Shown here in pieces: positions 54,706 through 63,114 of a stretch of DNA of 64,000 nt. The position numbers and the translations under genes were made by a program. Under the pieces are notes generated by a model. It worked only from the letters and a program-made list of their open reading frames with translations, was not told the DNA's origin and ran no database searches. The DNA is from a virus (lineage: Duplodnaviria > Caudoviricetes), in the IMG/VR virus record IMGVR_UViG_3300021425_002620; one strand, written 5' to 3'. Numbering within the stretch: position 1 is the first letter of the stretch; each line of letters opens with the position of its first letter.

Positions 54706-54990
54706 TCACGAGAAAACCGCTACTATTTCATTATTGGTAACAGAAATGTATTCTTCATCCTCATGAGTAAATTTTGTTCCACCATTTGCATTTACCAAGA
54801 TACGATCTCCTGGAGATACATTTGGCTTTGTAAACTTACCTTTGTTATCGTAAGTTCCTTCACCTACTGCTAAAACTTCAGCTTCTACTACGCCATCGTT
54901 TTTAGCATTAGCTAAAATAATTCCGCCTGATGTTATTTCATCAGGATCATTTTGTTTAATAATGATATTTGCGTGAATTGGTCTTAACAT
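54706..54990 (-). CDS. groES: Co-chaperonin GroES
   Basis: LRPIHANIII, TSGGIIL, VLAVGEG, GDRIL. Confidence 0.93.
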   Translation of the reverse strand: MLRPIHANIIIKQNDPDEITSGGIILANAKNDGVVEAEVLAVGEGTYDNKGKFTKPNVSPGDRILVNANGGTKFTHEDEEYISVTNNEIVAVFS

Positions 54991-54991
54991 A

Positions 54992-56140
54992 TCAATTTCC
55001 TATTGTTGATTTTTCGTATACAGCATTATGTGTTTGCGTACATCTAACAAATGTAGTGCATTTACTTAAATGCTTTAATTTTACTGCGCCTGCGTAAGTA
55101 CAAGTAGAACGCACCCCACCAAGGATATCTTGAATAGTACGAGCCACTGTTCCTCTGTAAGGCACAAGAACCGTTCGTCCTTCACTGCTACGGTACTCCT
55201 TTAGTCCGCCAAAATGTTTATCGTTTGCACTTTCACTACTCATACCGTAGAACTGCACAAACTGTTTTGTTTCTTTTACATAACTTCCAGTTGCTCCAGA
55301 AGGTATTATTTCATTTGTAACATAAGTCTTTGTAATTACTTCGCCGCCGCCTTCATCGTGTCCAGCAAGCATACCACCAAGCATTACAAAGTCGGCCCCG
55401 CCCGCAAAAGCCTTAGCAATATCGCCAGGACAGGTACAACCACCGTCAGCAATAATATGACCACCAAGGCCATGAGCGGCATCAGCGCACTCCATAACGG
55501 CACTGAGTTGTGGATATCCCACACCAGTTTGTATCCTAGTAGTGCAAACGCTACCAGGCCCGATACCCACTTTAACAATATCTGCTCCTGCAAGAATAAG
55601 TTCCTCCGTCATTTCGCCTGTAACAACATTGCCTGCAATTATTACAATATGTGGATAAGTCTCACGCATCTTTGCAACAAAGTCACGAAAGCGATTTGAA
55701 TATCCGTTAGCTACATCAATGCAAACATATTTTAGATTGCCGTCTGCACGTTCGTATACATTTTCAAACTTGTACCAGTCATTACCACCAATACCAATGC
55801 TCATTGCTACATAGTTTGTACGTTCGTACATATCTGTATCGAAGTATTCAACGAGTTCGTCTACGGTATAAGTTTTAACTAGACATGTAAACAAGCCGCC
55901 TTCTGCCATCTTGTCTGCCATTTCAAATGTACCAACACCGTCCATATTAGCAGCCATAATAGGCACACCTACCCAATGCGGAATATCTCGCATGGTTTCT
56001 ATACTCATGTCTTCAGGTTGCCAGTTACGCCAATTATATTCTCTATTAAGATCTACTTCTTTACGACTTCCTAATGTGCTACGTTTTGGTCGAATCAAAA
56101 CGTCTTTGTAGTCAAGTTTTAGATCCTCTTCAAGGCGCAT
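54992..56140 (-). CDS. guaC: GMP reductase
   Basis: [61 protein letters not shown]. Confidence 0.96.
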   Translation of the reverse strand: MRLEEDLKLDYKDVLIRPKRSTLGSRKEVDLNREYNWRNWQPEDMSIETMRDIPHWVGVPIMAANMDGVGTFEMADKMAEGGLFTCLVKTYTVDELVEYFDTDMYERTNYVAMSIGIGGNDWYKFENVYERADGNLKYVCIDVANGYSNRFRDFVAKMRETYPHIVIIAGNVVTGEMTEELILAGADIVKVGIGPGSVCTTRIQTGVGYPQLSAVMECADAAHGLGGHIIADGGCTCPGDIAKAFAGGADFVMLGGMLAGHDEGGGEVITKTYVTNEIIPSGATGSYVKETKQFVQFYGMSSESANDKHFGGLKEYRSSEGRTVLVPYRGTVARTIQDILGGVRSTCTYAGAVKLKHLSKCTTFVRCTQTHNAVYEKSTIGN

Positions 56141-56141
56141 T

Positions 56142-56405
56142 TTAAAATCCTCTTTCTTGTTCCTGTTTGCGTAATTTTTTCAACCAACGAGCCCTGCCGG
56201 CTGCTTTTGCTTTTTTACGAAGTTCACTTGGCTTAGTGTAACGCTCACGTTCTCTAAGCTCTTGTAAGATTCCATCTTCTTGGACTTTCTTTTTAAAAAT
56301 TCTTAGTGCTTTGTTAAAGTCACCGTTTTTAACTTCAACACTTAAACCTTTGAAGTTACTTTCGTTTTGATATCGATTCCGATTATTTTTGCGATTAAAC
56401 GCCAT
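56142..56405 (-). CDS. rpsU: Ribosomal protein bS21
   Basis: [38 protein letters not shown]. Confidence 0.92.
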   Translation of the reverse strand: MAFNRKNNRNRYQNESNFKGLSVEVKNGDFNKALRIFKKKVQEDGILQELRERERYTKPSELRKKAKAAGRARWLKKLRKQEQERGF

Positions 56406-56775
56406 TCATATCTCCTTCTTTTAAGAATGATAAATCATATACTCTGTTAATGCTTATATTATTATATACTGAATCGATAGAGTTTGTCAACCAGTATGTG
56501 TTCGGATTAGCAATAATATAACTTGCTAGATCTCTAACTTCTGATGTAGAGTTATCAACATCAAATATAACATAATCTACAATTTTTGACACAGTTAATA
56601 ACCAATCAAAATTATGTTCTTTTAACTCGTACACGTAAAGATTAAAACTTATGTTCCAGTCTTGTACAACAGTTTGAAACTCAGATTTAAGAGATTCACT
56701 AGGATAAATTAAAAGTATTGATTTGCTATGATTAAGGACTTTGTCGGGTGGTGTAACTAATGTTATATTTGGCAT
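56395..56775 (-). CDS. Conserved phage hypothetical protein
   Basis: ITLVTPPD N-terminus; contains the TTGACA/TATAAT promoter for rpsU (56461-56490). Confidence 0.6.
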   Translation of the reverse strand: MPNITLVTPPDKVLNHSKSILLIYPSESLKSEFQTVVQDWNISFNLYVYELKEHNFDWLLTVSKIVDYVIFDVDNSTSEVRDLASYIIANPNTYWLTNSIDSVYNNISINRVYDLSFLKEGDMNGV

Positions 56776-56782
56776 TTATGAC

Positions 56783-58606
56783 CTATTTGTCTCGTATCTC
56801 TTTCCAAATAGAATTGTTTGATTGCTCTGCATTTTGAACATAACCTTCTTCTGGTATCCATGGCAAACTATTGATTCTACCATGTATGTATAACTTTTTA
56901 TACATCTTGAGGTTCTCGTTTGGATGCTCTGCTTTCCACTGTTGTTTTAATGTTTTTATATCGTCACGTAGTTCTTGTTCTTCAATGTATTCTTTACGTT
57001 GTCTTTGTTCTTCAGTTTCAATATGTATTTCTTCGTCGGCTTCAGGATCAATTTTTACTTCTGTTTCTTTAGACTGCACTTCATCAGGTTGTACTTCTGA
57101 CTGTTCCAGTTCTGTATCCACTGCATCTGCCACGGCAGTATCTGCTTCTGGTACCACGTCTCCCAAATCATCATCTGTTGTAGTAGTAGGTTCTGTAACA
57201 TCTACTTGTCTTTCTTCTTGCGAAGTTTCAACCACAACTGAATCATCTCCAGTCTCTGACGGAACGCTTTCTTTAGGTTCCCCGTCGCGAAGTTCTTCAG
57301 CATCTTGCTGTTTTTCTTCTGTAGTTTCTCGTCTATCTTCTTCATCTTTTTCCTCCTTAGGAGTATTAACATTAAAGCCAGGGTTGTCAACTATACGCTG
57401 TGCTCTTGCTTGCTCGTATTGCCGAAGCCAGCCACCGTTATCATCTTTGCGTGATCTCCACTCAAAGGTATATTGGCTTGCTATCAATAATAAGACTGCT
57501 AGTGGATCAAATACAAATATAATAATTATAATTACCCAGCGAACTGCTTCTTCAAGCATATTCTTGTCTGCTTGTTCGCCATAAACAAATTCAGCAATAT
57601 ATTTAATTGGACCTACTTCTGCTTCTAGTTTGCGGTACTCGCTTTCTAGTGTTATTTTTTCGTCTGTTAAGCGATCAATCTCAAATGACGCTGTTCGAAC
57701 ACGTTCGTTCTGTTCATCTATGTCAGATTGAATTTGTTTTGAATTATCTTCGCTTGCTATGTTGTTTTGCAATCTAGCAATAAGTGATTGACTTTGTTGT
57801 ACTTGATTTTCAGCACCTCGTCTTAGTCTTGCTATTTCTTCTCGAGCTGCTTGTACTGTAGGGCTATTTGCGGCATTTTGTATTTTTTCTAACCACTCAT
57901 CGCGCTCTTGTTTTTTACGGTCTTGATAGGCTGTAAATGCGGCGGCCGTTCTTGGACCGTAGTCGCCGTCTACCTTTGCTCCTACCATTGCTTGTGCTTT
58001 TTCAATATCGTTTGTATCGATATAATTTTGTAGTGTTGCAAGTTCGTTATCAATTCTTGTAAGCTCTGCTTGGAATAATGCTGTTACATTATTGATTATT
58101 TCGTTTTGCTCATCTATTGCAGGTTGAATACGAGTAAATGCACTATCAATACGTTCTTGCTCTCTATCTATTTGAGCTTGAACGTTTGCATCACTGCCTG
58201 TTCCTACATTTTCTAGTTGTTCAATTCTGTCTTCTGCTCTAGAAATTATATTTTGATTTCTATCTATTTCTGATTGCAGAGTTTCTATTTTTGCAATATT
58301 ATCTTCGCTTGCACTTGTTTGTTCTATATGTGCTTTTGATAAGAAACCAAAAATACCCATACTTGTTATGAGCATTAGAACAAGAACTGCTGTGGAGAGA
58401 TAAGTCTTTAGCCACCAGGTAGCCTGACTCCAGTATCTATGTAACCAAACTGCTGTAACTAGTTTGCCTATTTCTAATACACTGCCCATTATTATAATAG
58501 GCACTGCGGCCGCGGCGAATATAGCGACCAAACCTGCCACTGAATAGTATATTGCTACTGCCGAAATGCTTAAGGCAGTAATTAAAGTTAGTATTCCTAA
58601 AAGCAT
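56783..58606 (-). CDS. Membrane-anchored coiled-coil protein with a peptidoglycan-binding-like motif
   Basis: Three N-terminal TMs, long coiled coil with GAKVDGDYGPRTAAAF, IFVFDPLAVLLL TM, acidic tail. Confidence 0.7.
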   Translation of the reverse strand: MLLGILTLITALSISAVAIYYSVAGLVAIFAAAAVPIIIMGSVLEIGKLVTAVWLHRYWSQATWWLKTYLSTAVLVLMLITSMGIFGFLSKAHIEQTSASEDNIAKIETLQSEIDRNQNIISRAEDRIEQLENVGTGSDANVQAQIDREQERIDSAFTRIQPAIDEQNEIINNVTALFQAELTRIDNELATLQNYIDTNDIEKAQAMVGAKVDGDYGPRTAAAFTAYQDRKKQERDEWLEKIQNAANSPTVQAAREEIARLRRGAENQVQQSQSLIARLQNNIASEDNSKQIQSDIDEQNERVRTASFEIDRLTDEKITLESEYRKLEAEVGPIKYIAEFVYGEQADKNMLEEAVRWVIIIIIFVFDPLAVLLLIASQYTFEWRSRKDDNGGWLRQYEQARAQRIVDNPGFNVNTPKEEKDEEDRRETTEEKQQDAEELRDGEPKESVPSETGDDSVVVETSQEERQVDVTEPTTTTDDDLGDVVPEADTAVADAVDTELEQSEVQPDEVQSKETEVKIDPEADEEIHIETEEQRQRKEYIEEQELRDDIKTLKQQWKAEHPNENLKMYKKLYIHGRINSLPWIPEEGYVQNAEQSNNSIWKEIRDK

Positions 58607-58645
58607 AATGTATTTATTGGGTTCTCCTATGCCTATTAAAGCATG

Positions 58646-59086
58646 TTATTTCTTTATAAAATACCAATGGTCGTCTTCATAGTGTTTTTTACAAGCAGTT
58701 TCATCAAACTGTCGAGTTGTACCTCTAACAGTAATTGCAGAAAATATAACTCTACAAAACCCTACACCTTGCGGATATCCATGTACTGCTTTTACTGCGC
58801 CCATTGCATCTTGTTCGTACCAATGTATAACTTTACCATAGTCTGATGCTAGTGCTGTATACACTGCCTGTGTTTGTTTGAGCTTTTGGTCTTTGTCCAA
58901 ACTGTATCGATTAGCAATGTAAACATGTTGTACCGCAGAAACAATCATACTCCCGCCACCATTTGGTGCTGTAACTACAGGAGTTGATATTGTACTACTT
59001 TGATATGGTGTTACACTACAGGCAGATAAACTAACTATTATTGCCGTTGATATTAACAATCTCAAGTGAACCGTCAAACTTTTCAC
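58646..59086 (-). CDS. Lipoprotein, 17-kDa surface-antigen-like C-terminus
   Basis: Lipobox LSAC; C-terminal W...G.V....CRVIF...ETACK. Confidence 0.7.
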   Translation of the reverse strand: MKSLTVHLRLLISTAIIVSLSACSVTPYQSSTISTPVVTAPNGGGSMIVSAVQHVYIANRYSLDKDQKLKQTQAVYTALASDYGKVIHWYEQDAMGAVKAVHGYPQGVGFCRVIFSAITVRGTTRQFDETACKKHYEDDHWYFIKK

Positions 59087-59357
59087 AGGCTACTCCTTTT
59101 TGTTTTACAAGGTTACCATTACGTCTCTCAGTGTACCAAAACTCTCTGCAAGATGCATCAACACCAGCACGTTGTATTGCTGTTTGTTGTCCAGGTCTAT
59201 CTGTACATTGAAGGACTGTTTCACTGCCTACTTGATTGCCATTACTCATTGTAATAGTTTCATCAGTATAACAGTAAGGAGCAGTATAATTGTACTGTGT
59301 ACTACTACATGCTCCTAAGAACAGTATACTAGTTAGCAGAAGCGATAGCCGTTGCAT
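59031..59357 (-). CDS. Lipoprotein, Cys-rich
   Basis: Lipobox LGAC. Confidence 0.7.
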   Translation of the reverse strand: MQRLSLLLTSILFLGACSSTQYNYTAPYCYTDETITMSNGNQVGSETVLQCTDRPGQQTAIQRAGVDASCREFWYTERRNGNLVKQKGVACEKFDGSLEIVNINGNNS

Positions 59358-59835
59358 CTTTAGCCTCAGTAATTAGTCTGTCAAATGTTTCGAGTGGCAT
59401 TTTAATACGCACATAGGTGTGTACATGACCAGTGCTTGCTAGTTGATAAGACTTTTTCTTAACTTCTAAATGCTCTCTAATAACAGTATCTTCTACAGAG
59501 TGCTTTACATAAGTCTGTGTAGTGCGCAGATCATTATTAATGTCTACTTCAGTAAAACTATTTACTGTACCATTAATGCGTTCTGCAAATCCTTTGACAG
59601 CAAATGCATATGCTTGTGCTTCACTTGCTTGTTCATATCTACTTTCGCCCATGCCACATGCATATGCGTAGTCAGTTTTCCAAAACAAGAAACCTTCAGA
59701 TCCGATTTGTTCGCAATCTTCATACCAATTAGGATTGGCTTTAGTTTCTCTTACTTCGATTGTTTTCATTGAGCTACACGCACCTAGTCCAATAAGAAGT
59801 GCGCCCAAACTCAATGCCTTAATTGTGCCTTTCAT
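59329..59835 (-). CDS. Lipoprotein (LPP20-like), start MKGTIK
   Basis: Lipobox LGAC; PNWY...YACGMG motif; GGAGG SD before 59835. Confidence 0.7.
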   Translation of the reverse strand: MKGTIKALSLGALLIGLGACSSMKTIEVRETKANPNWYEDCEQIGSEGFLFWKTDYAYACGMGESRYEQASEAQAYAFAVKGFAERINGTVNSFTEVDINNDLRTTQTYVKHSVEDTVIREHLEVKKKSYQLASTGHVHTYVRIKMPLETFDRLITEAKDATAIASAN

Positions 59836-59866
59836 ATATGCCTCCATTAGGTCATTTAATTTTTAA

Positions 59867-59895
59867 AGTATACAACCACACGTTTACATTGTCAA
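59867..59895 (-). promoter_or_regulatory. Sigma70-type early promoter for the lipoprotein cluster
   Basis: TTGACA-N17-TATACT. Confidence 0.7.
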
Positions 59896-59898
59896 CCA

Positions 59899-60417
59899 TT
59901 ATTTTTCCCATCGGTAAAATATATGATCTTCAATTTCGATTGTTTTAGTTTTAGTTTTAGCCCATGCAGGCATTACATAATCTGCATGGTAGTGAGTTGC
60001 ACCTTCGGTAATATCTACTACAGTGATTTCACCTCGTACAACAAGTGCGGCTAAACTATAAATCTCATTATAGACTTTTTGGTCATAGATAGTATCAGCC
60101 TTGCCATCGCAATACCAACTAAACTGGCAACGATTTCGTACAGGAATCATTTCTCCTGTGCCTTTCCAACTGGGTCGAGTTGGACCTTGTTTTACAACTT
60201 CACAAACTGTATCAGGATATCTGTCATCTTGAACCCTATTTGATGTAACTGCAATAACTGCTAGTCGTCCAGCGGTTCCCTGTCCACGAGCTTCGTGATA
60301 GACGTTTTGAGCCATACACTCAACTTGTTTTTCTAACCACACGTTGTCTGATGTTTTTGCTTCGTTGACGGGTGATACTGAAAGGATAGTTGTTAGAATA
60401 ATTTCAGAAATAGTCAT
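59899..60417 (-). CDS. Cell-wall hydrolase (SleB/Hydrolase_2 family)
   Basis: CMAQNVYHEARGQ, NRV..DRYPDTVCEVV, CQFSWYCDG, GATHYHA, IEDHIFY. Confidence 0.93.
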   Translation of the reverse strand: MTISEIILTTILSVSPVNEAKTSDNVWLEKQVECMAQNVYHEARGQGTAGRLAVIAVTSNRVQDDRYPDTVCEVVKQGPTRPSWKGTGEMIPVRNRCQFSWYCDGKADTIYDQKVYNEIYSLAALVVRGEITVVDITEGATHYHADYVMPAWAKTKTKTIEIEDHIFYRWEK

Positions 60418-60420
60418 TTG

Positions 60421-60852
60421 TTACCTCCGCATTTTGGCTATTTCTTCAGCCTGTTTTGTTCCTCGCATTACTGGTACTGCGTTTGACTTGTGCATTGTAG
60501 CAATACCAACAATAAGATCGCCAGTATATTTCATAGGTTCTTTTCTAGTGCCACCACCTGTTGGTATGCTGTTTGTTAGTGATGGATAGTTTGGGGTTTC
60601 ACGTTGATAACTTTGATCTCCTTTATAGGGAACAAATTCACGTTTAGTCTTAGGTTTGCTCTCGCCTCTACAATATGCAATATAATCTTCTAGTTTTTCA
60701 TACTGAAGATCATGCATATGATTTTTGCGCATTGATTTATTATGTTGACGCCATTGAACAGTGTATTGTTCAATTTGCTTTTGTGTTAGAGGTTTCTTCT
60801 TACGCTTTTTGGTATTGATGGTTGTAAGGCCTCTAGCCAAATGCATAGTCAT
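60421..60852 (-). CDS. Conserved T4-like hypothetical protein
   Basis: YTGDLIVGIATMHKSNAVPV motif. Confidence 0.7.
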   Translation of the reverse strand: MTMHLARGLTTINTKKRKKKPLTQKQIEQYTVQWRQHNKSMRKNHMHDLQYEKLEDYIAYCRGESKPKTKREFVPYKGDQSYQRETPNYPSLTNSIPTGGGTRKEPMKYTGDLIVGIATMHKSNAVPVMRGTKQAEEIAKMRR

Positions 60853-60916
60853 AAAAAAACTCCTGCTATTTTGTTAATAGTAAAACTATTATAGCAGGAG
60901 TTTAGTAAGGTGTCAA
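60853..60916 (-). promoter_or_regulatory. Overlapping terminator, early promoter and SD-sequestering hairpin
   Basis: TTGACA-N17-TATAAT (60916-60888) overlaps the 5' arm of a 13-bp hairpin AAACTCCTGCTAT/ATAGCAGGAGTTT followed by a T run and ATG. Confidence 0.7.
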
Positions 60917-60922
60917 CCGATT

Positions 60923-61168
60923 TTATGCAAAAACTTTTGCTCTAGAACCGTTTACATCTCTTGCTGATACTGAATATCTAGTCTTGCCAGTTGTAGCAAC
61001 GTCAGTATTCACTTTTAAGCCAGCTGCTCTAAATTCGCTCATTCTTGCAGGTAGTTGCTGGATACCGAATCTTGCTTTAGCGTCTGCTGCTGTAAGAGTC
61101 TTACCAGTACCTCTAAGATAATTCTCTAAGAATGTTTTTTGGTTAGTTTTAATTGTAGTAAATGCCAT
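60923..61168 (-). CDS. Small winged-HTH-like protein
   Basis: LTAADAKARFGIQQLPARMSEFRAAG; GGAGG SD; promoter at 61224-61252. Confidence 0.65.
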   Translation of the reverse strand: MAFTTIKTNQKTFLENYLRGTGKTLTAADAKARFGIQQLPARMSEFRAAGLKVNTDVATTGKTRYSVSARDVNGSRAKVFA

Positions 61169-61248
61169 TTAGGGCCTCCTTTATAAAAATTAATAAACAT
61201 ACTAATTTTCTTAGTATTCTATTATTATACGGTCGCCCTAATGTATTG

Positions 61249-61740
61249 TCAACCTTTTTCTTCCATTAATTTTACAGCCGCATCATAATCTTCTTGTTTG
61301 ATTACACCTTCGCGCAATAGTTTTGCTCTATTGGCTTCGTGTTTCATTTGCACTTCTTCTTTGCTTCCGCCAAAGTATGCAACTGCATGTCCTTCTTCAA
61401 TAAGAATATCTGTAACTTTTGCCCAGCGATCGTGTGTACCATCGTAAACTCTAAAATCACCTAAGATACGTCCGAACTTGCCTTTCATATCTTCGCCTTT
61501 GCGATCTTCTGTGGTAATAAGTTTGCCACCGTTCTTCATAAGTTCCTTTAGTCTTGCCTTTGCGGCTTCACCAAATAGATCTTCTACTTTGTCTCTTGTT
61601 CTCGATTCTGGAGTGTCAATGCCCATAATACGAACACGTTCGTCTTTTAAACATACGCCAAATCCTAGATCAATATCTACATCAACTGTGTCGCCGTCGA
61701 CGACTTTTAATACAGTAACATCATACTCGTTTTGTGTCAT
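61249..61740 (-). CDS. Thermonuclease (SNase-like)
   Basis: VVDGDTVD, RVRIMGIDTPE, KGKFGRILG, LIEEGHA. Confidence 0.9.
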   Translation of the reverse strand: MTQNEYDVTVLKVVDGDTVDVDIDLGFGVCLKDERVRIMGIDTPESRTRDKVEDLFGEAAKARLKELMKNGGKLITTEDRKGEDMKGKFGRILGDFRVYDGTHDRWAKVTDILIEEGHAVAYFGGSKEEVQMKHEANRAKLLREGVIKQEDYDAAVKLMEEKG

Positions 61741-61782
61741 TTGGATTATCCCCTCTAAATAATATGCCCATATTATTTAGTC

Positions 61783-61813
61783 AAAAATAAAGGGGCAAGT
61801 TTCCCTGCCCCTT
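61783..61813 (-). terminator. Intrinsic terminator
   Basis: AAGGGGCA...TGCCCCTT stem then TATTTTT. Confidence 0.75.
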
Positions 61814-61840
61814 GACACCGCTTTGTTCTGTGTGCTTATC

Positions 61841-62236
61841 TTAGAACGAGAATGTAGCTGTTGCTGTGATCTCGCCACGCTCTTCTGCTTCTAGGTCATA
61901 TGATGTGCCTAGTTCTAGTTCTACATTGTCCATCATTGCTGGTACATATGTTGCACCAAACTTTAGTGTTGGTAGAGTGTCGAACTCGTCACCCAGTGTG
62001 AAACCACCATCGTTGTCCCATACTGATAGAGTTGTGTCAGCTGTTAGGCTTAGTGGACCGTCAACCATTGGTTGCCACTCTAGTTCTGGTGTGATTGTTA
62101 GTGTAGTTGCTTCTGCATCAAACTTGTGCTCTGCTACTACGTCTGTGTTTAGCGCCAAACCTGGAACTGGTAAGTCCATGGCTGTCGCTGATGTTGCAGC
62201 CATTGCGGCTACCATTGCTAATACTGCTGTACGCAT
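61841..62236 (-). CDS. Small secreted outer-membrane beta-barrel-like protein
   Basis: Signal peptide (ATA-MD), alternating beta-strand pattern, C-terminal TATFSF. Confidence 0.7.
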   Translation of the reverse strand: MRTAVLAMVAAMAATSATAMDLPVPGLALNTDVVAEHKFDAEATTLTITPELEWQPMVDGPLSLTADTTLSVWDNDGGFTLGDEFDTLPTLKFGATYVPAMMDNVELELGTSYDLEAEERGEITATATFSF

Positions 62237-62343
62237 TCATAAATTTCCTTATTATTATTATTTTGATATGAGCGGAGGGTTTTTGTTTGCTCACAATATT
62301 AGTTATCTTATTCTAACACAAAATTTACAGATGCGACAACCAT

Positions 62344-62376
62344 AAAAAAAGAGTGCGGCATTTCTGCAACACTCTT
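62344..62376 (-). terminator. Intrinsic terminator
   Basis: AAGAGTG...CACTCTT stem then T run. Confidence 0.75.
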
Positions 62377-62396
62377 ATTCTACGTTTTAATTTAAA

Positions 62397-62999
62397 TTAA
62401 AACTTTACAGCAAAAGCCACTAGTGCTTCTCTGTCTACTTTGTTAAAGTCCGCATCCATTGTTTGCATTACTGCTACTGAAACTACAGTGTTTGATGTAA
62501 CGCTGAACCTTGTGCCAACTTTTCCATAACTGTCTGACTTACGAAAATCTAGAAAATTTCCATCATCTGATTTGAAGTCATAACCTAATTCGACAAAAGG
62601 AACTAAGACTGAAATGTTTCTTAATTCAATTCCTGCATATGGACTAAGCAATAGTTCACTACCGTCAATTGAATCGCCAAAGTCGAAATGTGCTTCTGCT
62701 GCACCATATCCTGTAAAAGCACCTAATGGAACTTCACCGCGTGTTGACACGTTGATACGGTAATCCTGTACACTGTTGTCATCAATAATTTGAACGCCAA
62801 CATTTACAGGTCTGTTTACTGTGAATACACCTAGCCTACGTGAGTCTGCTGAAAAATCACGAGAAGCGCCTGTACCAAGCGACACTCCAAATTTTTCACC
62901 ATGAGCTGACACATATACTCCGGTATTATCAAAGTCGTCTGCTAAAGCAGAAGTAGTTAGGCCAAAAAACAAGCCTAATGCTAATATAATATTTCTCAT
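62397..62999 (-). CDS. Outer-membrane beta-barrel protein (start MRNII)
   Basis: Signal peptide (ALA-DD), amphipathic strands, C-terminal VAFAVKF. Confidence 0.75.
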   Translation of the reverse strand: MRNIILALGLFFGLTTSALADDFDNTGVYVSAHGEKFGVSLGTGASRDFSADSRRLGVFTVNRPVNVGVQIIDDNSVQDYRINVSTRGEVPLGAFTGYGAAEAHFDFGDSIDGSELLLSPYAGIELRNISVLVPFVELGYDFKSDDGNFLDFRKSDSYGKVGTRFSVTSNTVVSVAVMQTMDADFNKVDREALVAFAVKF

Positions 63000-63087
63000 T
63001 TTATTATTTCCTTTATTTTTGTTTGCCACCTGGCAAACACAATACTTACTTATGATGGATAACTATTTTTATGTTTAATTCTGGCAG

Positions 63088-63113
63088 AAAAGAAAAGCAC
63101 CCGAAGGTGCTTT
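63088..63113 (-). terminator. Intrinsic terminator after tmRNA
   Basis: AAAGCACC-TTCG-GGTGCTTT then TCTTTTC (UUCG loop). Confidence 0.85.
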
Positions 63114-63114
63114 C

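Noticed and set aside
52684-56140. CIRCE or sigma32 control of the chaperone genes
   Set aside because: No TTAGCACTC-N9-GAGTGCTAA or convincing CTTGAA/CCCCAT pair; late boxes plus ROSE-like UTRs explain the regions.
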